The position numbers and the translations under genes were made by a program. The notes below the pieces were generated by a model. It searched no databases, was not told the origin of the DNA, and saw only the letters and a program-made list of their open reading frames with translations. 52,407 nt of DNA from a virus: UHGV virus genome UHGV-0113213. One strand, 5' to 3'. How positions within the stretch are numbered: the first letter of the stretch is position 1; each line of letters opens with the position of its first letter. This document shows, piece by piece, positions 1-9,147 of the stretch.

Positions 1-544
1 TATCCAGCGAATCATTAAAGGGTATCCACACATCCGGCAGCGGCTGTAAAACATACGCGTAAGGCTGCGCCGTCTGATTGGCGTATTCGTGGGCTTCGTC
101 TCTGTATGTCTTAGCTGAATCGGCTGCGCTTGTCGCTGTTGTTGCAGCGTTGGTTGCAGTGGTAGCTGATTGTGATGCTAATTTTGAGGCTGAAATCACA
201 TCTTTGTTGTCGCTAAAAAATTCAACTGCGTCCGCTATTTCTGATTCTTTGCCCTGATAGTAACGCAGTGTTTCGGCTACATCCTGAGCAAGACCATCCA
301 CAGAGATCGAATCTGAAAGCAGGATACTAAATTTAGTTCCAGCCGGAATAGCAGGACTTGCCGCAGGTGTTACTGATAAACTTGTTGCGCTTTTTACCTC
401 TGTGATTGAGAAAATCTGCACCGGATTGCTAATGGCAATAAGGGTGCAACCAACCCTGATCAGAGATAATGCGGCATTGAATTCAGTCCCCGTTCCGGTA
501 ACTGTTTTTCCGCTAACGGCTATCGTGCCTGTTGTGTAAATCAT
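1..544 (-). CDS. tail fibre protein, N-terminal part (ORF runs off the left edge)
   Basis: Own translation from ATG at 544: MIYTTGTIAVSGKTVTGTGTEFNAALSLIRVGC... It stays open to position 2. GGAG SD lies 8 nt upstream. Ala/Thr/Ser-rich shaft-like stretch (SQSATTATNAATTATSAADSAK). Next gene after J. Absent from the ORF track because it is truncated. Confidence 0.6.
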   Translation of the reverse strand, partial: MIYTTGTIAVSGKTVTGTGTEFNAALSLIRVGCTLIAISNPVQIFSITEVKSATSLSVTPAASPAIPAGTKFSILLSDSISVDGLAQDVAETLRYYQGKESEIADAVEFFSDNKDVISASKLASQSATTATNAATTATSAADSAKTYRDEAHEYANQTAQPYAYVLQPLPDVWIPFNDSLD

Positions 545-582
545 CGCAATGACTCCATTATGTTAATTAACCTGGTAATTTT

Positions 583-625
583 ACCATTTTGTGATCTGTG
601 TTACATTTCTGGCTTATACAAAATG
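583..625. promoter_or_regulatory. divergent intergenic control region: phage motif pair flanking a CRP-like palindrome
   Basis: CCATTTTGTGATC (583-595), TGTGATCTGTGTTACA (589-604, 12/16 to the CRP core) and TTATACAAAATGT (613-625). Lies between the tail fibre start (544, -) and the lipoprotein gene (722, +). Confidence 0.5.
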
Positions 626-721
626 TATTTATTGATTTATATCAATATCCGAAATGTTGTTTTGTCGGATATTTAAGCCACCGGATGAACCTGGCGAGCT
701 AACGAGAATGGGGATTCAAAA

Positions 722-970
722 ATGAAAAACATGCTCAAAGTGGTATTATTCGCTGCGGCTGTTGCTCTTACTGGTTGTGCTGTTGACAAAGATGCTGCAT
801 TGCACAACCTGCCAAATAGCGGAGTAATTCCTCAAGAAATTGTCTATGATGCTAATGGTCATCTTGTCTATGACACTGAAAAACTTCCATATACTGGTCA
901 ATGGTGTCATGAACTAGATCACAATATGCGCCGCATCGGTAGCCCGTCGAATTGTGTAGCTAACTACTAA
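722..970 (+). CDS. small lipoprotein (moron) between J and the tail fibre
   Basis: 82 aa. Signal peptide plus lipobox: MKNMLKVVLFAAAVALTG|C. Opposite strand to the tail genes, with its own terminator. Confidence 0.8.
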   Translation: MKNMLKVVLFAAAVALTGCAVDKDAALHNLPNSGVIPQEIVYDANGHLVYDTEKLPYTGQWCHELDHNMRRIGSPSNCVANY

Positions 971-973
971 AAG

Positions 974-1003
974 AAAACCCCGCGCAAAGCGGGGTTATTT
1001 TTA
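974..1003. terminator. bidirectional rho-independent terminator
   Basis: Stem CCCCGC(978-983)/GCGGGG(989-994), loop GCAAA. T-run follows on the plus strand (TTATTTTTA) and on the minus strand (TTTTCTTTT). Sits between convergent genes. Confidence 0.75.
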
Positions 1004-4000
1004 TGACCACGATCCAGAGCTTCTTGTGACAAGGACTAGGCCTGGTCTCCTTATTGCCGCTGATGATGTATTTGTGTAGTTTTCTGTAACAGTTACGGAA
1101 ACATGCTGAGATGTAATACCTGAAACACAATGAACGGCAACGTCTGACTTGTGGGGCGTTGATGCCGCCCTTTCTATGTCTATAGTCTTTGAATTTCCGT
1201 TAATGTTTATGGTTACGTTAATGCGTCCCGACTGGTTATATGTATAGTAAGCAAGGTTATAAGGTATCATTACATAAACCGTTTTCGATAAAGCAGATGA
1301 TGATGAATCCCAATAATTTTTGGTTACACTCCTGCTACCTGACCCTGATTGCGCAGGGAATGTTGCCTCTGGAATTACTGACATACTCGCAACGTCACCA
1401 ACAAAGGATGTAGCTTCTACAGTGCCTCTGAATTTACCGTCAGTCGCGTAAACAGTACCGTTAAACACACCAGAATTAGCGTATACCGTGCCGCGTACTG
1501 TAACGTTGTTAAATGTAGCCCAGCCATCTTTAACTATTGCCCAACCTTGATCGCTACCGTTCCAATTGTATGACGTTATGACATTGCCTATTTTTGCATT
1601 GTCGATTGAACCGTCTTTAATAAACGCTTCGCGCACATACATTGCGCCGTTAGTGACATAGAAAGGTGTCTGATATGTGCCGTTTGCGGCAGTCATTAAC
1701 ACGAATCGGTCAACAAGGAAAATGCACTGCGATTGAACATCAGTACCGCTGCCAGTGAGGCCAAGTGACATTCCTGTTGCGTATTTCATACCGTTGTTAT
1801 CAGTGGCAATCTTGATTGAATATGACGCATCAACGTTACCTTTAAAATCGGTTAACGCTTTCGATGTTGTCTCGATCGCTGTTGTGTTTCCGTTAACGGT
1901 CACTTTCAATTGATCAATTTTTGTCGATAATGCCTCATCTGCCGTTGACATGGCCTGCGACCATTCCGTGATGCTTGAGTTTACATCGTCGAAAGATGCC
2001 GATATTTGAACAAATTTTTCAGCACTTGATGCCTCGTGAGTTGCGAGCGCCGTTGATATATCTGTTATTTTTGCTGAAATGTTTTCATTAATATTGGCTT
2101 CAAGTGATGCTATAGCCTCCGCGCGGGCCTGTGTTTCGTCTGCTATTGCTGTGTCAATCCTTGCTATTTCCGCTTTTGTTTTTATCTGGCCTTTCCTGTA
2201 TTTTGCCTCAATAACGGTGCTCATCTTGCTTTGCGCTATTGAGTTGTTGATAAGTGCAATCGAGGCGTTTTGCAGACTTGCTTTCGCCTGTTCTATCTTG
2301 TCACTGTTTTTATCAACATCACTTTCAACAGAACCAAGCTCCGCACTGATGCCTGATATTGCCTGGGCGCGAGCGCTTGATTCGTCGGCGATAGCTTGAT
2401 CAAGGCGGCTAACACTGGCATTTGTGCTATTTTCAAGCGTTGTTAAATCAGCTTTAACATCTGTTATTGCGTCGCTTCTTGCCTGCGTTTCATCTGATAT
2501 TGCTTTATCGAGACGAGAAACGCTCGCGTCAGTTTTGTTTTCCAGGCTGCTGATACTGGCGTTAACGTTGCTTATAGCCTCCGTTCTAGCCTGCGTTTCG
2601 GTTGCGATTGCTTTGTCAACGCGGGCGATTTCCCCTTTGGTGCTGGAGTCCATTGCGTTCATTTCTGCTGTGATGGTTTCCAGTGATTCCGCTGTCGCTT
2701 TTTTCTCATCTGCGATAACGTTGTCGATACGGTCAATCTGTGCCTTTGTTTCGTTGCGACCTTTCTTATATTGAGCGGTAAGAGTAACCCGCGTGTTAGT
2801 TTGAGCAAGCGAGTTGTTGATCAGAGCAAGCGAAGCGTTTTGTAAACTTGCTTTTGTCTGTGCCAGTTCGTTATTAACGTTTTCGTTTGATACCTCTAAT
2901 GAGTCTATTCTTACCTCATGTTTGCCTATTCCATCGGCGTTTTCTTCGACTTTTTTATAAAGGTCTTCGGTGTCTTTTTTAAGTGTATCTGTATCAGCTT
3001 TAAGGCCATCTGTAGCTGTTTTAAGGTCGGCGGTTGCTGTTTTAAGGTCGGCGGTTGCGCTTTCTATAATATCAGTGCGATCACCAAGATCCTTAATATC
3101 ACTTACCAATTCCTTAAATTGCTCTGAGTTCATCACGTCTTTGGTGACATAGTCGCTGATTTCATCGAAGTTTTCAGTTGGCTTACCTGACGCCTCAACG
3201 AAGTCTGACACGCCAAAGGCATTGCGCGTGCGCACATAAACGTAATAAGTATGGCCCGTGTTCATTCCACCGAACGTCCACTGATACCCGCGCCCGGTAA
3301 ACTGCGCAGACGTGGTTATTTTTGCAGGATCTGTAATCTGGTTTTTCCCTGCATAGTAGAACTCATACGCTGTATCAGTTGTTAGCGTTGTTTTGCTTAT
3401 CGGGTACACTGTAGCCTGAAATACACCTGGAACCCAGTTAACGCCTATTGGCGAGGCTGGTGCACCAATAACAAGATCAACAATACTTTCAGCGCCCTTC
3501 ATGCCAGTATCATTTCTTCCGCGAACGCCTAACGAATACGCGCCAGCGTCGATGCCATAAAAATCATAACTGTATTTCGTTGTTTCGTAGCTTTTAACAA
3601 CCGCACCATCTGTGTTATATATGCGGATCTCAAAGGTCATGCGATGTGTTGTTGTCTGTGTCTCCCATGTTGCGCGGCATTGAACCGTTTCAGATCCAAT
3701 GTTTACCACCTTCAGATTTTCAATGCTCGGCACGCGGAAGTGATTAAGCGTGTCGTTGTTGATTTCAAATATAGCGCCTTCATCGACTACTGCTTGTTTG
3801 TTCGGGTCATGTTGCGCTGCTTCGATGGTGTACACGCTGTTGTTTTCAGTTTCTGCTACGCTGATGATTCGACATAAAACGGGTTTTGCAGATTCGGTTG
3901 ATACAGCAAAAACAGTACCGTTCCGAATCCATGCCGGGGCTGCTGCCAGTGTGATTTTGTTCCCGTTAACACCAGTGATCTGATGTTTTTTAAATTTGCC

Positions 4001-5578
4001 ATCGCCATCAAGTAAACTGATGGTGTCGCCTGCTGCAATGTATTCTGAATCGACTTTATCGACCGTTATCACTTTCCCATTGTTCGCCACGATACGACCG
4101 CCTAAACGCGCGCCTGCGCGGTTATTGTCGAGGATCTCGATTATATCCCCTGGCGTAAAGTGAATCGCATCACGGGCCATTTTAAACGTGAATTTTGACG
4201 GCTCGCGTTTTGCTGTTTCTATCAGCCATTTACCAGCGCGGTGCGCTTGCCCGCGTGAAGTGCACCCGAACGCCTCCAACGTGGTTTCGTTATAACCATC
4301 ACGGGCGATTAGCTCATCATCTGCCACATACTCTTTTGATTGCTCCCAGCCGTTTTCCGGGTCAGTCCATGATACAATCACGGCGTTGTAGCATTCTGCT
4401 CGGGCGATACTTGAACGAGTGAACGCACCATCAACGACGTTTGCGTTTGTGATGGTGGCGATCGGGTCTTGTGGCGCATCAATCATCACGGTAAGGCGTT
4501 GTCCGTCCCATAACGCGATGCCTCGGAACATCCCGGCGATATTGTCCAGTAAATCGCGGGCGCTCATTTGCTCTGTAATGTAAGCATTAAGCGTCATGCG
4601 AGGCTCAAGGCCACCGTAACCATCATCAACCAACTGGTCGCAGTATCGGGAGAGCGTATATAATGCGCCGTCGTCAACGTCAATATAGCCAGCATGGCGG
4701 GCAAGACCGAAACGCTCGTTTTTAACCAGGTAACGGAAGATCCACGCGGGGTTATTGGTGTACGCCTTCTTGAAGCCGCCAAGCCACAAACCGGAATAAG
4801 TGCGCGTTTCCGGGCTATAGTTATCAGGAACGTCAACAATCAGCCCGCGCAGGTGATAAGTGCGGGTAGGTGTATCAGTGTACTGATCATGATCAATAAC
4901 CGCGCCAGCTACAGCTGTGTGGGGATATGACAAATTATCGTCGATTATTTCGCTGTAACTACTCCATCTCGTATCATTCTGCAATAGATCGCTTGTGCTA
5001 TCGGCCGTTACACGGCGAACGCGAATATCAAACGGCTTTTCATCTGGTGCATTGATAATATGCGCTTCAAGATATTCTCCTCTGATCTTGCCGGGGCCTA
5101 TAGTGACATCTTTAACAAGCGTCCACGTAGAAGAAGATGAAGGCTTGACATCAATCATCATCATAACCGATGTGTTATGTTGATTGCTTTGCTCGTCAGA
5201 TTGTACAAGTGAATCGACGCCGATATTCAGGCGAACGCGCGTAACGTTAGGATCTGATACAGTCCTGATTATTGGGGTATCGTGTTTCACCTGAGCGTTA
5301 ACAATAACGGTTGATTCAATGGCGTTAAAACCGTTAATAGGTGATTGATCTAACGTGCCGTTACGCCACGCCACGCTAACACCAGGGACACTTGTATTGC
5401 CGTTCGCGTCTGTAACAGGTGTATCATTAAGCATCACGCTATTTAATGGCGCTTTTGTATTTACAGGTCCATAAATCGGACCTTCAGAAATAATATCAAG
5501 TACACGATAAAATTGTTTATGGTATAGATTATCGTTAATTAAAGTCGGTGTTTTTGCTTTACCGCCGCCGCTACTCAT
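1001..5578 (-). CDS. J: central tail fibre / host specificity protein J, with a long coiled-coil C-terminal extension
   Basis: 1525 aa. The N-terminus aligns by eye with lambda J (KDNL..Q...V.D.ISEGPI.GPV......V.LN.TPV.D..GNT). FN3-like segment, then about 400 aa of heptad-like repeats and a beta-rich tip. Position after I. Confidence 0.9.
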   Translation of the reverse strand: MSSGGGKAKTPTLINDNLYHKQFYRVLDIISEGPIYGPVNTKAPLNSVMLNDTPVTDANGNTSVPGVSVAWRNGTLDQSPINGFNAIESTVIVNAQVKHDTPIIRTVSDPNVTRVRLNIGVDSLVQSDEQSNQHNTSVMMMIDVKPSSSSTWTLVKDVTIGPGKIRGEYLEAHIINAPDEKPFDIRVRRVTADSTSDLLQNDTRWSSYSEIIDDNLSYPHTAVAGAVIDHDQYTDTPTRTYHLRGLIVDVPDNYSPETRTYSGLWLGGFKKAYTNNPAWIFRYLVKNERFGLARHAGYIDVDDGALYTLSRYCDQLVDDGYGGLEPRMTLNAYITEQMSARDLLDNIAGMFRGIALWDGQRLTVMIDAPQDPIATITNANVVDGAFTRSSIARAECYNAVIVSWTDPENGWEQSKEYVADDELIARDGYNETTLEAFGCTSRGQAHRAGKWLIETAKREPSKFTFKMARDAIHFTPGDIIEILDNNRAGARLGGRIVANNGKVITVDKVDSEYIAAGDTISLLDGDGKFKKHQITGVNGNKITLAAAPAWIRNGTVFAVSTESAKPVLCRIISVAETENNSVYTIEAAQHDPNKQAVVDEGAIFEINNDTLNHFRVPSIENLKVVNIGSETVQCRATWETQTTTHRMTFEIRIYNTDGAVVKSYETTKYSYDFYGIDAGAYSLGVRGRNDTGMKGAESIVDLVIGAPASPIGVNWVPGVFQATVYPISKTTLTTDTAYEFYYAGKNQITDPAKITTSAQFTGRGYQWTFGGMNTGHTYYVYVRTRNAFGVSDFVEASGKPTENFDEISDYVTKDVMNSEQFKELVSDIKDLGDRTDIIESATADLKTATADLKTATDGLKADTDTLKKDTEDLYKKVEENADGIGKHEVRIDSLEVSNENVNNELAQTKASLQNASLALINNSLAQTNTRVTLTAQYKKGRNETKAQIDRIDNVIADEKKATAESLETITAEMNAMDSSTKGEIARVDKAIATETQARTEAISNVNASISSLENKTDASVSRLDKAISDETQARSDAITDVKADLTTLENSTNASVSRLDQAIADESSARAQAISGISAELGSVESDVDKNSDKIEQAKASLQNASIALINNSIAQSKMSTVIEAKYRKGQIKTKAEIARIDTAIADETQARAEAIASLEANINENISAKITDISTALATHEASSAEKFVQISASFDDVNSSITEWSQAMSTADEALSTKIDQLKVTVNGNTTAIETTSKALTDFKGNVDASYSIKIATDNNGMKYATGMSLGLTGSGTDVQSQCIFLVDRFVLMTAANGTYQTPFYVTNGAMYVREAFIKDGSIDNAKIGNVITSYNWNGSDQGWAIVKDGWATFNNVTVRGTVYANSGVFNGTVYATDGKFRGTVEATSFVGDVASMSVIPEATFPAQSGSGSRSVTKNYWDSSSSALSKTVYVMIPYNLAYYTYNQSGRINVTININGNSKTIDIERAASTPHKSDVAVHCVSGITSQHVSVTVTENYTNTSSAAIRRPGLVLVTRSSGSWS

Positions 5579-5592
5579 GGTTAATTCTCCTG

Positions 5593-6123
5593 TTAACTTA
5601 CAACGTCTAAGGCGTCTTTATTGTTTGTTGTGTCTATGCCTAACGATCCGACGTTTGAACCTACTTTCATTTCTCCTAATAGGATTGGCACTGGTCTACC
5701 CTGTCCTACCCTGTTTTCTATGCTGGTGTAAGTGTTATTAGTTATGGTGTTATCCTGCGCGCTTTCTGATGATGTTTTTACCTTCATGTTGCGAGACATA
5801 AAAATAGAAAAAGCGACGCTGACAACTGATATACCAATCATAATCCAGCCAATCACACCAATACCTGCAATACCACCTTCAACTATTGGCGCAATAATTA
5901 CCGTAGTTCCATCTGGATATTTGCTATTAACAGCCGCTGGCGCGGTCTTTTCGTTGTAATCTTTCCCGGCAATTCGTAAGCGCAAAGGTGTATTTAAAAA
6001 CGCCTTTTTAAATTCCTGATTCTGCGCGGTCAATAAGCGAAGCCCTTGCGCTGGCGTTTCAACGTTTAAACACACTTTGCTGTAATATCTTCGAAGATTG
6101 CCCGTAAATCTAAATTTGAGCAT
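5593..6123 (-). CDS. I: tail assembly protein I
   Basis: 176 aa. Lambda I-like: central Gly/Ile-rich hydrophobic segment and C-terminal VPILLGEMKVGSNV (lambda: VLPVLYGEMRVGSRV). Position K-I-J. Confidence 0.8.
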   Translation of the reverse strand: MLKFRFTGNLRRYYSKVCLNVETPAQGLRLLTAQNQEFKKAFLNTPLRLRIAGKDYNEKTAPAAVNSKYPDGTTVIIAPIVEGGIAGIGVIGWIMIGISVVSVAFSIFMSRNMKVKTSSESAQDNTITNNTYTSIENRVGQGRPVPILLGEMKVGSNVGSLGIDTTNNKDALDVVS

Positions 6124-6797
6124 TTATCAGATCTCCATATTGAATGCGTTTGTCGAACATAAGCAGGCCGCATTTGCTCGCGGCGGCTTAATAATCCGGC
6201 ATGGTCATGATGCAAAACCGTGTTATCACCCAGGTAAATCATTGCGTGACACGGGTCAGCGCCTTTGAATGGCTGGCGAATGATCACATCACCAGGCTGT
6301 ATGCTTTGCGCATCAACCTGATAAAACCCGTTCAATGGCAGGTTTTTTAAATACAGGTTTTCACCGCGAAGCCACCAGCCATCAAGGCGCTCGAAGTCAG
6401 GCAGATCTACACCGCAAAGGTGATATGCGTCGCGGAAAAGCGCGTAACAGTCTGTCGTTCCGTGTACGAATTTACGGCCTAGCAGGTGCGCAACCGGACG
6501 GAATTTCCTGATCTTGCCGCCGGAATATAAAAACCAGGGTAGCCCGGAAATAACCTGTTGCTGTCGATCCCGCGCTGACAATACAGGAATATCACCAACG
6601 TGGGAGTGGAAAACGGCGGTTATAACGCCCAATTCGTCCGCCTTGATGTAATCGTCCGGCGAAATCTTGAAGCTGTTGTAAGGCGTTTCAGACACGTTAG
6701 CGCACGGGTAAAAATACTCGTTATCTATTACAAGTCCGCAAACTTCCTCAAACGGATGCGCGGCGGCATAACGCGACATTTTGTCTTCCATCCCCAT
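6066..6797 (-). CDS. K: tail tip assembly protein K (MPN/JAMM + NlpC/P60)
   Basis: Strong recalled similarity to lambda K (HSH.G, DLPW, TDCY.LFRDAYHL.G..MPDF, QPGDV, HHA.IY.GD). The likely start is the ATG at 6797, 2 nt after the L stop. The track ORF extends to 6872. Confidence 0.88.
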   Translation of the reverse strand: MGMEDKMSRYAAAHPFEEVCGLVIDNEYFYPCANVSETPYNSFKISPDDYIKADELGVITAVFHSHVGDIPVLSARDRQQQVISGLPWFLYSGGKIRKFRPVAHLLGRKFVHGTTDCYALFRDAYHLCGVDLPDFERLDGWWLRGENLYLKNLPLNGFYQVDAQSIQPGDVIIRQPFKGADPCHAMIYLGDNTVLHHDHAGLLSRREQMRPAYVRQTHSIWRSDKCSNLDLRAIFEDITAKCV

Positions 6798-6799
6798 GA

Positions 6800-7504
6800 T
6801 TAACCTACCTTGCTGGAACCAGGGAAACAGGAGATCGGCAGTGCTGCCGGACGCGGGAAACGCAAACGGCAACCGCTAAGGCGGTGGCTGCATTTGTCTA
6901 ACGTTGGGTCACTTGTTGGTGTATCTTTATCAGTTGCGACCGGGCCGCCAGAATACATGCACCCGTCGCCTCTGTATTGCCACTGACAAACGTCAGCAAG
7001 GATGGTGCGCCCTGGGATAACGGCTTTATCTGCATCAATTGGCGTTGACAATTCATATTGCACCTGATCCGCTGTTTCTTCGCTCATTGCTTCAACGACG
7101 TAAAAAGATACAGCCTCAATAGATGGATCTGCGTCTGGATTGCCGTTAGGGAAGTTAACGGCGTCCAGGTATTTAACCTCCACCTGGCGGCGCGTAACCT
7201 TCATGCCTCTTAGGTCGTTGAAATCGTTATTCATCCCCGTAATGAGTCCGCCGATGTTGGCTACAACCATTTGAGGGCGCGAATAAACGCCTTCGTTTTT
7301 CATTTCGAAGCCAGTAGCCTCGATCGGGTAGCTGTTGTAAGCCACACCCTTCCAGATAACCGGGCCGTAATAGCCATTCGCGCCGGAATGGAAGCGGATA
7401 ACCTCGCCACCCAGGGGCGTGAGGTCTAATTCAAACAAGTCAATTACCGCGCCGACTCCGGCATCGACGGAATCAATAATCATTTCTCTCGGAATATTGC
7501 GCAT
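6800..7504 (-). CDS. L: minor tail protein L
   Basis: 234 aa. Lambda L-like: FLDAVNF.NGN..ADP, GR.ILA..C.W.YRGD.C.YSG, cysteine cluster CSH.LSGC. Confidence 0.9.
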   Translation of the reverse strand: MRNIPREMIIDSVDAGVGAVIDLFELDLTPLGGEVIRFHSGANGYYGPVIWKGVAYNSYPIEATGFEMKNEGVYSRPQMVVANIGGLITGMNNDFNDLRGMKVTRRQVEVKYLDAVNFPNGNPDADPSIEAVSFYVVEAMSEETADQVQYELSTPIDADKAVIPGRTILADVCQWQYRGDGCMYSGGPVATDKDTPTSDPTLDKCSHRLSGCRLRFPRPAALPISCFPGSSKVG

Positions 7505-7522
7505 TTTCTCACCTTGTCATTC

Positions 7523-7587
7523 TGTGATCTGCGTCACGCTAAATCATACCAAAATGGATTGATCGCGGTTTTTACAATATGTATATT
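7523..7587 (+). promoter_or_regulatory. sigma70-type promoter for the plus-strand cassette, with an upstream CRP-like palindrome
   Basis: TGTGATCTGCGTCACG (7523-7538); TACCAAAATGG motif variant (7547-7557); -35 TTGATC (7559-7564), 17-nt spacer, -10 TATATT (7582-7587). On the minus strand the same region reads TGGTATGAT (extended -10) facing L. Confidence 0.6.
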
Positions 7588-7633
7588 TTACTCAAACGGA
7601 AGCATAGTTAACAAAATGGCGCGGAGGTGCGTT

Positions 7634-7822
7634 ATGACTGAAAAGCTATGGAAGTTGACGGTATTCATGACAGACGGTAGGGAAAAGGTTATCGCCCTGT
7701 ATGACGACGAGGGTGAAGCATTGGTTGACGCGCTTTTACTTGCTGAGGATGACCGCCTTTTGGGATACCAGATCGAACCTGTCAAATATGAGGCTAACAA
7801 AAATGAAAAAATACAGTCTTGA
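7634..7822 (+). CDS. hypothetical small protein (paralog of the next ORF)
   Basis: 62 aa from the ATG at 7634, with GGAGG 6 nt upstream. Shares W/Y.L.V....G......L.D.E..AL...........PVKY.AN with 7803..8150. Confidence 0.6.
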   Translation: MTEKLWKLTVFMTDGREKVIALYDDEGEALVDALLLAEDDRLLGYQIEPVKYEANKNEKIQS

Positions 7823-8150
7823 TGTGTGGTTAAGTGGTAGCAAGGAGTGTTTCGGATTATTTGATAGCGAAGAAGTAGCCCTGGAAGAAGGCAGGATTCT
7901 TGAATGTAGTTTAGGCCATCCAGTGAAATATGCTGCTAATCCGGTACAGATAGTTGATGAGGTGGAAGATATGAACCCGAAAGATATTAATGGTAGCTTC
8001 ACTGCTTATTATGCAGATTCTATGGACCAGTCTTGCCCTGGTGAAATACACGCAAAAGGTTTCCCGGCTGACGATCCAGAAGCAAAACGCGAATACGAAA
8101 AAGCGGCGAAAGATTTCTGTATCGATAACCTTTCAGCATTCGATAAATAA
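7803..8150 (+). CDS. hypothetical protein (paralog of 7634..7822, with a C-terminal extension)
   Basis: 115 aa from the internal ATG at 7803 of track ORF 7701..8150. The start overlaps the previous ORF's end. Acidic. Confidence 0.6.
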   Translation: MKKYSLDVWLSGSKECFGLFDSEEVALEEGRILECSLGHPVKYAANPVQIVDEVEDMNPKDINGSFTAYYADSMDQSCPGEIHAKGFPADDPEAKREYEKAAKDFCIDNLSAFDK

Positions 8151-8159
8151 GGCGGCAAC

Positions 8160-8408
8160 ATGGGGCGGCGCAATCACGGTGATTATGTGTACACGTTGAA
8201 ACAGGCCGCCCGCCTCATCGGTTATCATGAACACGAATTTATTGATTTGCTGATTGAGCGCGGGATACTGTACCAGGTCTGTTTAACGCTGTACCCGAAA
8301 GCGAAATACCTACATGAAAAGTTATTCATCATCATGACGGATGAAAACCAGGTTAACCATTCATTCGTCACTGATAAGGGCGTTAATTATCTGCGTGATA
8401 ACTTATAG
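8160..8408 (+). CDS. KilAC-domain-only protein (antirepressor C-terminal domain-like)
   Basis: 82 aa. YTLKQAARLIG..EHEFIDLLIERGILY....LYPKAKYLHEKLF......VT.KGVNYL matches my recollection of the KilA-C pattern. No Bro-N/ANT/KilA-N domain is attached. Confidence 0.55.
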   Translation: MGRRNHGDYVYTLKQAARLIGYHEHEFIDLLIERGILYQVCLTLYPKAKYLHEKLFIIMTDENQVNHSFVTDKGVNYLRDNL

Positions 8409-8530
8409 GTGACTGATTATAAAAATAAAAGTTTTGGCGCTAATAATAATGGGGTTGATAGTATTTGGCGTTCATGCTGTAGATCTGGACTGGAAAACGA
8501 TAGCAGAAAATATAGCATTAATGGAAATAG

Positions 8531-8560
8531 AATAAAAATAACCCCGCTTCGCGCGGGGTC
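8531..8560 (-). terminator. rho-independent terminator after the small gene downstream of M
   Basis: Stem ACCCCGC(8541-8547)/GCGGGGT(8553-8559), followed on the minus strand by TATTTTTATT. Confidence 0.7.
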
Positions 8561-8564
8561 GTGT

Positions 8565-8762
8565 TTATACGCCATCAACCAAAAATAAAACCTCCTTCCC
8601 TTCCCGGGATCTACACCCAACGTACCCATCACCAACGTCGTGAAGATACCATATATCGCCGTTGTCAGCTTTTACAGTAAGGTCGTTGATCTCATAGTCG
8701 TCAAACAATGTAAAAGCGTAAGTTTTGTCAACTACACAAGTCCCGTACATAACAACCCCCAT
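8565..8762 (-). CDS. small protein, dispersed member of the D-x-x-G-x-x-W family
   Basis: 65 aa. Start overlaps the M stop (TAATG). ...C........F.....Y.I..L.VKADNGDIWYLHD resembles the four tandem genes at 28676-29581. Confidence 0.6.
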   Translation of the reverse strand: MGVVMYGTCVVDKTYAFTLFDDYEINDLTVKADNGDIWYLHDVGDGYVGCRSREGKEVLFLVDGV

Positions 8763-9115
8763 TAGCCAACAACTTGCTCAAACGTTGCGTTTAGCGTGTA
8801 CAAAGGCCCGTCTTTAGTCATACTCCATTGCCGACAGACAAAAAGCCTTTGCACGTTATCCATTGACGGCGACCAGTAAAAAGCCTCGACCGCGCCGCGC
8901 GCCCTCAAGAATGCTTCCGCCTGGATTGCTACGTTTCCACCATCACCACATCCGGCGCTACTGCCTTTAAACACCAGGGTGTAGCTATCAAGCAATGGAT
9001 TGATACCTTTTACCTGTCTTTGCTCATAACCATCGCCCAGCTTAACAACAGATACGTCTGGCTTCCTGGTCACGCTGTAGCTTCTTTGCGGCGTCCATCT
9101 GAACACTTCCGGCAT
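8762..9115 (-). CDS. M: minor tail protein M
   Basis: 117 aa. Lambda M-like: FRW.P.........V..V.LGDGY.QR, C-terminal FEQVV. Confidence 0.85.
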   Translation of the reverse strand: MPEVFRWTPQRSYSVTRKPDVSVVKLGDGYEQRQVKGINPLLDSYTLVFKGSSAGCGDGGNVAIQAEAFLRARGAVEAFYWSPSMDNVQRLFVCRQWSMTKDGPLYTLNATFEQVVG

Positions 9116-9147
9116 AAAACCCCCACAAGTTACATTTTGTATATATC

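Noticed and set aside
2079-3152. Plus-strand ORFs (2079..2399, 2424..2774, 2918..3127, 2970..3152) antisense to the J gene
   Set aside because: They lie opposite the repetitive Ala/Ser/Leu/Thr-rich coiled-coil region of J. Their products are low-complexity mirror images with no SD sequences. They are a typical antisense artefact of repeat-rich coding DNA.
8417-8635. A 72-aa minus-strand ORF spanning the 8531-8560 terminator
   Set aside because: It runs through a terminator hairpin and overlaps the better-supported 8565..8762 ORF in another frame.
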